IMG/VR virus record: IMGVR_UViG_3300028559_000029
Span: 6,744-70,743 of that record
Source: a virus
Reading direction: 5' to 3' (one strand)
Length of the DNA: 64,000 nt
Shown here: positions 17,251-26,470 of the stretch, one piece after another
Layout of the letters: each line of letters opens with the position of its first letter
Position numbering within the stretch: the first letter of the stretch is position 1
Notes under the pieces: generated by a model
Database searches by the model: none
What the model saw: the letters and a program-made list of their open reading frames with translations, nothing else
Told to the model about the DNA's origin: nothing
Position numbers and translations under genes: made by a program

Positions 17251-19821
17251 TGGCGAAATATATATTACGATGGAAGGCAGCAGCTAATTCATTTGTGGAC
17301 ATGGGATGAATTAGGTAATAGAATTAAAATTGAGACTAGTTATGAACCGTATCTTTATGTTGAGTCTTCTCAAAGTACAGATGCGGTATCTATTTTTAAT
17401 ACTGCTTTAAAAAAACTTACATTCAAGAATCAGTTTGAGAGAAACAAATACGTAAATGAAACTCCTATTAAGAGATTGTTTCATAATATTGGATGCGAGC
17501 AAGAGTTTTTATTGAGCACGTATAAGGATGAAATTGATAAACCAGAATTTGGTCAAAATCCTCTTAAGATTTATTTCTTTGATATCGAAACCTATTCTAC
17601 AGGTTCATTTCCTGTTCCTGAAAAGGCAGCAGATCCCATTAATCTAATAACAATTTACAATTCTCTAGACAAAACATTCTATACTTGGGGAACAAAGAAA
17701 TATAATCCAATAGATACGAATGTAAAATACTTTTATTGTGCTAGCGAATCACAATTGATTCAAAAATTTCTTTCTTTTTGGGAAAAGGAACCACCAGATA
17801 TGTTGGTAGGTTGGAATTCTAGCGGATTCGACATTCCATATATCATGAGACGTTTTAGCGATGTTGTAGGGGACGAGGAAGCGGCTAAAATGTCTCCGGT
17901 AAATCAAATTTATTATAGGGAAAATGTGGGAATTGATAAATTCGGAAAACAAATCAATCGTTGGTATATACGAGGATTGAGTTGTATCGATTATATGGAA
18001 GCATATAAGACGTTTTCTAGAAATGATAGAGAATCCTATTCACTTGGTTATATTGGACAATATGAACTAGGAGAAACAAAAGTTAATATTGGAGCAACCA
18101 ATCTATCTACATTATCTGATACCGATTGGGACAAATTCGTAGATTATAATATTCAAGACGTAAGACTTCTTGTGAAATTAGATGAGAAATTAAAATATTT
18201 GAACCTTATTAGAAATGTTTCTTATAAGGGATTTATCCAATTTGAGCAGTCGATGGGGAAAGTGTCTCTTATTACAGGTGCAATAGCTAATCAGGCGGCT
18301 AAGGATAACCTGATCATACCAACATTTAAGAATGAAAATATAATTTCAGACTATGTTGGTGGTTATGTGCATGATCCGGAAAGGGGATTGAGTAAAGCTG
18401 TGGTTAGTTATGATGCAAACAGTCTATATCCAAATACGATTGTATCTTTAAATGTCTCACCGGAAACTAAAATTGGAAGAATCACAAATGTAGAAAATAA
18501 TAACTATACTTTAAAACTTTCAAATGGAAAAAGTTTTATTCTAGAGGAAGAAAAGTTTCAAAAACTTTTAAAACGAGAAGAAATATCTATATCGAAGTAT
18601 AATGTTCTATATACACAAAAATTTAAAGGAGTTGTTCCAAAATTTATTGATAGATTATATCAAGAACGTGTAAATGCTAAAAATAAAATGATTTCCTTGT
18701 CAAAGGAATCTAAAAAAATAAAAGATCCTGCTGAAATATCTAAAATAGAAGAAAAAATCATGGATTTAGATACCATACAAAACGTATATAAATTGATTTT
18801 GAACTCTATTTATGGTGTTTTTGGTCAAAAGTATTCTCCGTTGTTTGATATTGATCACGCAGCAAGCATTACCTTAACAGGTCAGGCAGTAGTTAAACAA
18901 GCATCGGAAATTATTTATGATTATGTAAAAAGTAAAAATATTGAGTGTGAAAAATCTGCTATTTACAAATACGGAGATACGGATAGTTGTTATTTTTCTA
19001 TTCAACCTATCTTAGATCATTTTAATGTAGAATTATTAGAGAATAATAAAATCACAGATAAATCATATTCTATTATTAATGAAATTGGGGATTATCTAAA
19101 TAAGGGAATTATTGAATGGGCTAAATCTGAACTGAAATCAACAGATCCTAGATTTATTTTTAAACAGGAAGCAATCTGTGATGTTGCAGTCTTCATGGAA
19201 AAGAAAAGATACATAATGCATGTATTGGAATCGGAGGGCGTCGTTCCTAAAAAACCTTTTAAATATGTTGGAGTAGAAGTTATTCGATCATCCTTTTCAG
19301 ATGCGACAAAAAACTTGATTAAAAATGTAATCGAATCTGCAATTTTATCACAAGACAAAGAAGCTTCTAATAAAATTTTAAAATCTGCCTATCAACAATT
19401 CTGTAATTTTCCAATAACGGATATTGCATTTAGAACCAAAATATCTGATATAGAAAAACAGAAAAGAAAGATAACATCTGATGGAAAAATTGGATTAGGC
19501 ACACCAATTCATGCAAAAGGTGCTATACATTTTAATAATATGTTAAAACATTTTGATTTGGAGGGAAGATATGAATCTATTGGTAGTGGAATAAAAATTA
19601 AATGGTTTTATCCGTCTAAAAATTCTTTTAATTTTAATGCAATGGCTTTCTTGGATGAGTTTCCTTCAGAATTTAATCCTATTTTTACTATCAATCATTC
19701 AAAAATGTTTGATAAGAGTGTAACTCCTCCTGTAAAACGTCTTTATGATTGTATAGGTTGGCAGCTTCCACAAATTACTTTAGAAACTCATACAAATTTA
19801 TTTGATTTATTGGGAGATTAA
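17245..19821 (+). CDS. gp43: Family B DNA polymerase (gp43-like)
   Basis: Exonuclease FDIET, GWNSSGFDIPY, YNIQDV; polymerase SYDANSLYP, KLILNSIYG, YGDTDS, KKRY. Confidence 0.96.
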   Translation: MAWRNIYYDGRQQLIHLWTWDELGNRIKIETSYEPYLYVESSQSTDAVSIFNTALKKLTFKNQFERNKYVNETPIKRLFHNIGCEQEFLLSTYKDEIDKPEFGQNPLKIYFFDIETYSTGSFPVPEKAADPINLITIYNSLDKTFYTWGTKKYNPIDTNVKYFYCASESQLIQKFLSFWEKEPPDMLVGWNSSGFDIPYIMRRFSDVVGDEEAAKMSPVNQIYYRENVGIDKFGKQINRWYIRGLSCIDYMEAYKTFSRNDRESYSLGYIGQYELGETKVNIGATNLSTLSDTDWDKFVDYNIQDVRLLVKLDEKLKYLNLIRNVSYKGFIQFEQSMGKVSLITGAIANQAAKDNLIIPTFKNENIISDYVGGYVHDPERGLSKAVVSYDANSLYPNTIVSLNVSPETKIGRITNVENNNYTLKLSNGKSFILEEEKFQKLLKREEISISKYNVLYTQKFKGVVPKFIDRLYQERVNAKNKMISLSKESKKIKDPAEISKIEEKIMDLDTIQNVYKLILNSIYGVFGQKYSPLFDIDHAASITLTGQAVVKQASEIIYDYVKSKNIECEKSAIYKYGDTDSCYFSIQPILDHFNVELLENNKITDKSYSIINEIGDYLNKGIIEWAKSELKSTDPRFIFKQEAICDVAVFMEKKRYIMHVLESEGVVPKKPFKYVGVEVIRSSFSDATKNLIKNVIESAILSQDKEASNKILKSAYQQFCNFPITDIAFRTKISDIEKQKRKITSDGKIGLGTPIHAKGAIHFNNMLKHFDLEGRYESIGSGIKIKWFYPSKNSFNFNAMAFLDEFPSEFNPIFTINHSKMFDKSVTPPVKRLYDCIGWQLPQITLETHTNLFDLLGD

Positions 19822-19835
19822 TTTATAATTTTATC

Positions 19836-21524
19836 ATGGAAGTACAACTAATAAGCATAACACAACCGTTAATCGAAGGATTAATATCAGCAGAAGATCT
19901 AATCAGCTATATCGCTAGGGTTTCCAATCCTAGCAATCAAATGAATACTGAAACTTCTCCAAAATTGTTGAAGTATTTAATTAATCATAAACATTGGTCT
20001 CCTTTTGAACAAGTTTCTTTGACGTTCCAAATTGTCACCTCAAGAGCAATAGCTGCTCAGATTCTTCGACATAGAAGTTTCTGTTTTCAAGAATTTTGCA
20101 TAACAGGAGATTCTTTAGTAACCACTATTTTTCCTAAAAATAAAACTGCTCATTATATAACAATAAAAAAACTTTTTGAACGTCAAGATTGGAAATCTTA
20201 TAAAAACATTTTAGTAAGAACTTTTGATGAAAAGAATAAAACGTTTTGCTATTCTAAAATAAAAGAAGTGTTTAATACTGGAGAAAAACCAGTTTATGAA
20301 ATAACATTACATGATGGCAAAAAAATAAAATGTACAAAAGAACACAAATTTTATACCCCAAATGGGTTTGATACATTAGAAAATGTTGTAGGGTTAGATT
20401 CTAAATATCATACAATGTCTAAAATTGGTTATATAGGAGTAAATGGTATTCCAGCCCATCAATCATATGAATGGTTAGAATCCGTTAAAATGGAATCTAT
20501 TAAAAATAAAAAGGGATTACCATACATTGCAGAAAAGGCTGGATGTTCCTATCATACAATAAGAAAATGGTTAAAAAAACACGAATTATCATTTTCAAAA
20601 AAAGAAGTAGCTAGTTATAGAGAAATATGGAATAAAAACAAATTTGGATATAAAACATCTCTTGTTTTATCTGAAAGTCATAAAGAAGCTATAAGAAAAG
20701 CCAGAAGCGGACTGAATTCAAATTGGTGGAAGGGAGGATGTGATAGGTCTGATAGGGCTAAAATAGGTGATTGGTGTCAAACTATACGTTTAAAAAAGTT
20801 AAAAGAATTTAATTACTCTTGTTCAAAGTGTTCATCTACTAAAAAATTAGAACTTGACCATATTATTCCTGTATGGAAAGATAAAGAATTGGCATACAAT
20901 TATGAAAATATTCAAGTTTTATGTTCATCCTGTCACGACAAAAAACATTCACTTGATGGTGATACAAAAATATGGAGACAAAAACATGAGGGGAATAAAT
21001 TGACTGTAAAATTCACAAAAATAGAAAAAATCGAATTTTTGGGAAATCAACAAACATTTGATTTGGAAGTTGAAAACAAAAATCATAATTATGTAGCAAA
21101 TAAAATTTTAGTTCACAATTCTCAACGTTATTCTACAATTACCGAACTTGAATCTTTTAACATAAGAAAACAAGCAGATAAAAATAGACAATCCAGTAGT
21201 GATATGTTGGATCTTTCCGAAGAGGACTTGGAAAGGTTGAAATCCCACATCGTAGAGGGGGTTTCTTTATATGAAAGTTTGTTAGAAAAGGGTGCAGCAA
21301 GGGAATGTGCAAGAATGTTACTTCCCCTCTGCACTCAGACAAAACTTTATATGACCGGAAACCTAAGAGGATTTATTCACTATGTAGAATTAAGGACTCA
21401 GGAGAATACACAAGAAGAGCATAGAGAAATCGCAAGTGCTATTAAAGAATGTTTGATTCAAAACTTTCCAAATACAAGCGAAGCATTAAATTGGAATCTT
21501 TCAGTTGACAAAACCGAAAATTAA
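19836..21524 (+). CDS. thyX: Flavin-dependent thymidylate synthase ThyX with intein (about 221 aa after splicing)
   Basis: HWSPFE, RHRSFCFQEF|intein|SQRY (RHRx7S), ECARMLLP, NLRGFIHYVELR, TQEEHR. Confidence 0.93.
   Translation: MEVQLISITQPLIEGLISAEDLISYIARVSNPSNQMNTETSPKLLKYLINHKHWSPFEQVSLTFQIVTSRAIAAQILRHRSFCFQEFCITGDSLVTTIFPKNKTAHYITIKKLFERQDWKSYKNILVRTFDEKNKTFCYSKIKEVFNTGEKPVYEITLHDGKKIKCTKEHKFYTPNGFDTLENVVGLDSKYHTMSKIGYIGVNGIPAHQSYEWLESVKMESIKNKKGLPYIAEKAGCSYHTIRKWLKKHELSFSKKEVASYREIWNKNKFGYKTSLVLSESHKEAIRKARSGLNSNWWKGGCDRSDRAKIGDWCQTIRLKKLKEFNYSCSKCSSTKKLELDHIIPVWKDKELAYNYENIQVLCSSCHDKKHSLDGDTKIWRQKHEGNKLTVKFTKIEKIEFLGNQQTFDLEVENKNHNYVANKILVHNSQRYSTITELESFNIRKQADKNRQSSSDMLDLSEEDLERLKSHIVEGVSLYESLLEKGAARECARMLLPLCTQTKLYMTGNLRGFIHYVELRTQENTQEEHREIASAIKECLIQNFPNTSEALNWNLSVDKTEN
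20097..21119 (+). mobile_element. Intein (341 aa) carrying an HNH homing endonuclease in thyX
   Basis: Begins CITGDS, block B CTKEHKF, ends FDLEV..HNYVANKILVHN followed by Ser; internal CSKC..LELDHIIP..NIQVLCSSCHDKKH. Confidence 0.92.
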
Positions 21525-21532
21525 TATAAAAT
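21505..21532 (+). promoter_or_regulatory. Sigma70-type promoter (TTGACA-16-TAAAAT)
   Basis: TTGACA 21505-21510, TAAAAT 21527-21532, ATG at 21543. Confidence 0.5.
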
Positions 21533-21542
21533 ATATAAGAAC

Positions 21543-21944
21543 ATGGAAACACAAAATAAATTCATCGCAATTCTAGACACCGTTGGCAGAACTATTATTG
21601 GAGAACCTGACAACACACAAAGCACAGCAGAAATTCTAGCCATTAAGAATCCCGTTATTCTTCATGTCGAGCAGCAAGATCAAATGGGCAGAATGTCTGT
21701 AAAACTATTTCCAATTATTTTCAGAGAGTTCTTGGGAGACAAGACTAGTGATTCTGTTGCCTTTTATAAAAAGACAAATATCACCGAAACAAATGTTGAT
21801 GCATTTGATTATCGTTTGAAATCTCAGTATGATCAGATGTTTAATAAGAACAATGTATTCACTGCACCGTCATCAACACCATCACAACCTTCATCAGGGG
21901 AAAAAAACTCTCCTGCCATTATAAATCTATTTGATGAGGCTTAA
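21543..21944 (+). CDS. Hypothetical protein (small beta-rich, possibly Sm-like)
   Basis: 133-aa ORF with its own promoter and terminator; GRTIIG..LAIKNPVILH pattern. Confidence 0.6.
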   Translation: METQNKFIAILDTVGRTIIGEPDNTQSTAEILAIKNPVILHVEQQDQMGRMSVKLFPIIFREFLGDKTSDSVAFYKKTNITETNVDAFDYRLKSQYDQMFNKNNVFTAPSSTPSQPSSGEKNSPAIINLFDEA

Positions 21945-21962
21945 CATTTTAGTTTGACACAC

Positions 21963-22000
21963 AAAAAAACCTAGAAAGTTTTTGACTTTCTAGGTTTTTT
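21963..22000. terminator. Intrinsic (potentially bidirectional) terminator
   Basis: aaaaaaacctagaaagt-ttttg-actttctaggtttttt hairpin with flanking A and T tracts. Confidence 0.8.
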
Positions 22001-22015
22001 GTTTATAATACTAAC
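21982..22015 (+). promoter_or_regulatory. Sigma70-type promoter of uvsX (TTGACT-16-TATAAT), 6 nt before ATG
   Basis: TTGACT 21982-21987, TATAAT 22004-22009, ATG 22016. Confidence 0.65.
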
Positions 22016-23113
22016 ATGGCTAAAAGAAAAAACGAAACAGACGAAACAGAACTAAGTGGTGACATCAAAGACGCATTCAAAATTCTTGATGATCTAAATC
22101 CAGATGCTCAATTTTTGGATGAAAACACTCTATCCACTGTAAAAGAGTGGGTGGATACTGGATGTATGGCATTAAATGCTATTATATCTGGTTCTTTGTA
22201 TGGTGGAATACCCGTAGGAAGAATAACTGGGTTTGCAGGCCCACAAGCATGTGGAAAAACTTTGATGGTTAATAAAATAATGGCTAATGCACAGAAAAAG
22301 GGAATGCATGTGGTGTATTTTGACACCGAAAATGCTTTGGACAAGGAAACCGCTGAATCATTGGGATGTGATTCCTCAAAAATCAAGCATTGTCCGATTG
22401 AAATTATTGAAGAATGTAGGAATCAAATCGTAAAATTCTTAAAATCTGTTGTAGATAATGGTTTGCAAGGCAAAATTATGTTGGCAATCGATTCTTTGGG
22501 AAATTTGATATCTGCTAGAGAAGCAAAGATCATTGACGATGGTAAGGATTCCGCCGACATGGGTGCAAGAGCAGTTAGTTTGAAAAGCATGCTGAGAGCA
22601 ATCACACATGCAGCAGCAAAGGCAAACTGTCCGGTTGTTTTTACTAATCATACCTATGACAATCCCGGTGCAATGTACCCAACTCTAGTAAAAAGCCAAT
22701 CCGGAGGATCTGGGCCGCTTTATATGTCCTCTGTATTAGTTCAAATGTCAACCAAGCAAGAAAGAGTCGGTAAATCGGATAATAAAAATGCTTCTGACGA
22801 GACAACACCACTATCAAAGGATGTTAATGGTCTTACTATGAGAGCACTTACTACTAAAAATCGATTTGTACCTCCATTTTTGGAAGCAGAGATGTATCTA
22901 AATTTTAGAACGGGTATTTCTAAGTACTCTGGACTGTTGGAAATGGCAGAAGGATATAACATTGTTCATAAACAAGGACATAGATATGCGTTGGGAGAAG
23001 AAATTCTTGGATTTTATAAGGACTTTAAAGATAATGATGCAGTTTGGGCAAGAATTCTTCCACTTTTGGAAGAAAAATTGAAAACGGAGTTAAGATTCAA
23101 CCAAGAAGAGTAA
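22016..23113 (+). CDS. uvsX: UvsX/RecA-like recombinase
   Basis: DTGCMALNAIISGSLYGGIP, GPQACGKT, YFDTENA, IDSLGNL, FTNHTY, SGGSG, KNRF. Confidence 0.93.
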   Translation: MAKRKNETDETELSGDIKDAFKILDDLNPDAQFLDENTLSTVKEWVDTGCMALNAIISGSLYGGIPVGRITGFAGPQACGKTLMVNKIMANAQKKGMHVVYFDTENALDKETAESLGCDSSKIKHCPIEIIEECRNQIVKFLKSVVDNGLQGKIMLAIDSLGNLISAREAKIIDDGKDSADMGARAVSLKSMLRAITHAAAKANCPVVFTNHTYDNPGAMYPTLVKSQSGGSGPLYMSSVLVQMSTKQERVGKSDNKNASDETTPLSKDVNGLTMRALTTKNRFVPPFLEAEMYLNFRTGISKYSGLLEMAEGYNIVHKQGHRYALGEEILGFYKDFKDNDAVWARILPLLEEKLKTELRFNQEE

Positions 23114-23121
23114 TTTTGTTG

Positions 23122-23156
23122 TTGCCATTTCTAGGAAATAAGCATATGATACCAAC
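23122..23156 (+). promoter_or_regulatory. Sigma70-type promoter of the helicase (TTGCCA-17-TATGAT), 6 nt before ATG
   Basis: TTGCCA 23122-23127, TATGAT 23145-23150, ATG 23157. Confidence 0.7.
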
Positions 23157-24542
23157 ATGGTAAAAAGCTTGCCCTTAAATGTTGAACTTTTTGAGAAAAT
23201 GGTGATCTATAATGCTCTTATGGATCCCATTTATCTTGAAAGTATTGTAGAACACGCAAAACCTTCGTATTTCAAAGATAAGGATATAAAAATAATCTTT
23301 GAATCATTGTGTCAGTACTACTCTACATATAATAAAGTTCCAAATATAACCGAATTAAAGGTTCATTTGGTAGAACAAGAAAAAAGAGATGCACTAAAGA
23401 ATGTTGCCTTGAGTTTTTCCGGTCTTGATAAAAGTTATGATAGAGATGTTTTATTAAAAAACACTGAAAGGTTCTTAAAAGAAAAGGCAGTATTGAATAC
23501 TGTGATCAGAACTTCTGTGGATGTTCAATCCGGAGAAATAGACAGTGCTAAAATCTTGGCAGATTTTGAAAAAGCTTGTGGAATCTCATTAATTGAAAAA
23601 ATGGGGTTTGATTATCTAGAATCTGTTGATGAGCATTGCAAAGAACTATTAAAAGTATCAAAAACAATTCCTAGTGGGTGGAATTGGTTAGATGAAAAGA
23701 TTGGTGGAGGGTTTTTATCCGAAGGAAGGGCTATATATGTCTTTTATGGTGTTACTAACGTAGGAAAATCGATATTTTTGGGAAATATTGCCTCAAATAT
23801 CTTAAATCAAGATAACACAGTAGTTTTGATCTCTTTGGAAATGTCAGAACAAGTATATGCCAAGCGAATGAGTGCAAACCTCACGCAAATAGCGATGGCA
23901 GATCTTACCAACAGCATAGAACCGCTTAAAAAAGAGCTTGGTTCTTACAAAACAAAGCATAAGAACGCAAAACTTATCATAAAAGAGTTCCCGCCACAAA
24001 CAGTAACACCTAATCAGATAAAAGCATATCTAGATAGATTGGTAAAAAAAGGAATAAAACCTGATGTTGTGGTTCTTGATTACTTAAATCTCCTAGCACC
24101 TCCAGAAAAGGGAAAGAATTCATACGAATCAGTCAAAGCAATTACAGAGCAGGTGCGAGCAATGTCTTATCACTTTGAATGTCCTATTATAACCGCTACT
24201 CAGGCTAATAGAAGCGCATATGGAGAGGCTAATCCTGGTCTTGAAACGATGAGCGAATCCATGGGGCTTTCACATACAGCAGATGCACAGTTTGCAATTT
24301 GGTCGGAAGAAGGAGACGTGGATCTCGGACAGATTCACCTCGGAATTAATAAAAATAGGTTTGGACCTGTTCAATGTCATACCGTATTGGAGTTGGACTA
24401 TCCTACGTTAACACTTAGAGATCCAAGTGATGTATCTAAAATGTTTATACCAAAGAAAAAAACCATTCCCGGATCCATTCCAGCAATTCAAAGCATAGCA
24501 GATACCTTGAATGCAATTGAAAATATTGGCAGTGATGATTGA
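23157..24542 (+). CDS. gp41: gp41 DnaB-like replicative helicase
   Basis: GVTNVGKS, ISLEMSE, LIIKEFP, VLDYLNL, TATQANR, SESMGL..TAD, KNRFG. Confidence 0.93.
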   Translation: MVKSLPLNVELFEKMVIYNALMDPIYLESIVEHAKPSYFKDKDIKIIFESLCQYYSTYNKVPNITELKVHLVEQEKRDALKNVALSFSGLDKSYDRDVLLKNTERFLKEKAVLNTVIRTSVDVQSGEIDSAKILADFEKACGISLIEKMGFDYLESVDEHCKELLKVSKTIPSGWNWLDEKIGGGFLSEGRAIYVFYGVTNVGKSIFLGNIASNILNQDNTVVLISLEMSEQVYAKRMSANLTQIAMADLTNSIEPLKKELGSYKTKHKNAKLIIKEFPPQTVTPNQIKAYLDRLVKKGIKPDVVVLDYLNLLAPPEKGKNSYESVKAITEQVRAMSYHFECPIITATQANRSAYGEANPGLETMSESMGLSHTADAQFAIWSEEGDVDLGQIHLGINKNRFGPVQCHTVLELDYPTLTLRDPSDVSKMFIPKKKTIPGSIPAIQSIADTLNAIENIGSDD

Positions 24543-25465
24543 AATTATATGAACGGCATATAAATATGTTTCAAATGGCTAATTGTCATCATATTTTCAC
24601 GCATAACGATTTAGACGGGGCTGTAAGTGTTTTAGTATACATGTGGAGTCAACCTAAAGAAGATTCCTTTTATTATACACCCATATCTAATCTAGAAATT
24701 TCAAAATTAAAAAGAGAAGTATTAAACGCTCACAATCCATCAAAGACATTAATATTTGATATGGGATTGCGAGAAGAATTTCTACCAGATTTGGATAAAT
24801 CGCATATAGTTTTTTTCGATCATCATAAATCTTCCGAGAATTTTATAGATAGGTTTAAAAATGCAAAAATAATTTATAAAGAATATTCATCCAATACTCT
24901 TTTGATGTATAAATTATTAAAAGATAAAATAGAAACAACCGATGCTAGAAAATTATTGGTTGCTTTAACTGATGATTTTGATTCTTATAAATTAAACCTT
25001 CAATATTCATATGATTTGAATATATTATTTTGGAGTGAATATCAAAATAGGTTTTCAGACTTTTTAAATGATTATTACGATGGATTCAAACCATTCACCG
25101 AAAAACAAAAAAAAGCAATTGCATTTATAAAAAATGAAGCAGAAAAAGAAGCTTTAAAAATACAAATGTTTTCCGGTTCTATCCATGTAGAAGGAAAAGA
25201 AAAAAAGGTTTGTGCTGCTATGGTAGATAGAATAGTTCCACAAGTCATGGAAGTGTTGGTAAGAAAAAATAAAGCTGATTTATTCTTTTTTATAAACATG
25301 AAAAATGAAAAAGTCTCCATAAGACAGTACAAAGAAAATGATAAAATAGATTGTGGAGCATTTGCAGAAAAATATTGCAATGGTGGTGGTCATATGAATG
25401 CTGCCGCAGGTACTATTACTCCATTATTCATGGAAATTACAAAAAACTTAAGCCCCGTTATATGA
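24539..25465 (+). CDS. DHH/DHHA1 phosphoesterase (NrnA/RecJ superfamily); true start possibly 24566 or 24575
   Basis: THNDLDG, FDMG, FDHH, DDFD, C-terminal GGGHMNAAAG. Confidence 0.88.
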   Translation: MKLYERHINMFQMANCHHIFTHNDLDGAVSVLVYMWSQPKEDSFYYTPISNLEISKLKREVLNAHNPSKTLIFDMGLREEFLPDLDKSHIVFFDHHKSSENFIDRFKNAKIIYKEYSSNTLLMYKLLKDKIETTDARKLLVALTDDFDSYKLNLQYSYDLNILFWSEYQNRFSDFLNDYYDGFKPFTEKQKKAIAFIKNEAEKEALKIQMFSGSIHVEGKEKKVCAAMVDRIVPQVMEVLVRKNKADLFFFINMKNEKVSIRQYKENDKIDCGAFAEKYCNGGGHMNAAAGTITPLFMEITKNLSPVI

Positions 25466-25761
25466 TTATTACCTCAACACAACAAGTAGAAGACATGATG
25501 AACCCATCGAATGCAATGGATTTGTCGGAATTCGAAGATATTACTTTAAAATTTGGATCTTTTGTTTGCATAGCGAAAAAAAAGAAATTTAATTTCTTGA
25601 ACTTCCTAAAATTCGTGATAGAAGATAAGAAGACACAGAACATTTACTTCAAACTTTTGAATGAAGAAAATTTTCAGATGATAATGAAGGCATACTTGAA
25701 TAGTACGCCAAATATATACAAAAAAATATTTAGATCAAAACTCAACAAAGAAAAACCATAA
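25462..25761 (+). CDS. Hypothetical protein (99 aa), in the syntenic position of T4 gp33
   Basis: ATG at 25462 overlaps the DHH stop (ATGA); the upstream extension in the ORF track is unlikely to be real. Confidence 0.55.
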   Translation: MIITSTQQVEDMMNPSNAMDLSEFEDITLKFGSFVCIAKKKKFNFLNFLKFVIEDKKTQNIYFKLLNEENFQMIMKAYLNSTPNIYKKIFRSKLNKEKP

Positions 25762-25764
25762 AAA

Positions 25765-26421
25765 TTGAATAATATTACGCAGCAAGAAAAAAATATTTAT
25801 AATTGCTACTTAAAACATTACAGGAAAGGACTGCCGTTCCAACCTAGAAAAGATTTTTCAGACATTGATTACACTAATATAGTGCTTCTGCGTAAACTCA
25901 ATGCGTTTTTCAATAAATTTCCTCATATTACATATGACGATTTTTTAGGAGCACCAAATTTCTTACATCCGGACGAAAAATGCCCTCCTCTCAACTTTTT
26001 CATAACTAGACCAGCAATTAAATCATATTCGTTGGCTATTAAAAAGCGAGAAGACGAATCTCCCGAAAAACAGCTTGACAAAATCAAAGAAAGTTTTCAT
26101 TATATCGCAATGTTTTGTTTAAAAAACAATCTTTTCTTGGAAGATTACCTTAGCCATAAAACCCATAGCATGCCTACATGGATGCAACATTATAGAGAAC
26201 ATCATGTAAATCCATATGCCTTCTTTGAATTGGGAGATTTTAATAAATTTAAAATTATGAATGAAGAGGAGCGAATCGTATGGTCTGGAGATTTTTTTGA
26301 AAAAATTGATTCGTATCGGACTCGATATTATAACAGCGAAAGGACAAAAATCCTTGTAAAAGAAGCTGCTAATAAAATAAAAAATTTTCTAAAAAAAGAG
26401 TTGCAAACTTCAAGAGTTTGA
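25765..26421 (+). CDS. Putative gp59-like helicase loader
   Basis: 218 aa, basic, immediately upstream of gp32 as in T4; NIYNCYLKH resembles the gp59 N-terminal VYKLYL..KQH. Confidence 0.45.
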   Translation: MNNITQQEKNIYNCYLKHYRKGLPFQPRKDFSDIDYTNIVLLRKLNAFFNKFPHITYDDFLGAPNFLHPDEKCPPLNFFITRPAIKSYSLAIKKREDESPEKQLDKIKESFHYIAMFCLKNNLFLEDYLSHKTHSMPTWMQHYREHHVNPYAFFELGDFNKFKIMNEEERIVWSGDFFEKIDSYRTRYYNSERTKILVKEAANKIKNFLKKELQTSRV

Positions 26422-26470
26422 GCTAATATTTAGAAGCATAGAAACAACAAAATAACACAATACAAAATAT

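Noticed and set aside
25351-25461. Trp/Cys/Tyr-rich N-terminus of the ORF-track protein 25351-25761
   Set aside because: It is an alternative-frame read of the DHH 3' end; the likely start is the ATG at 25462
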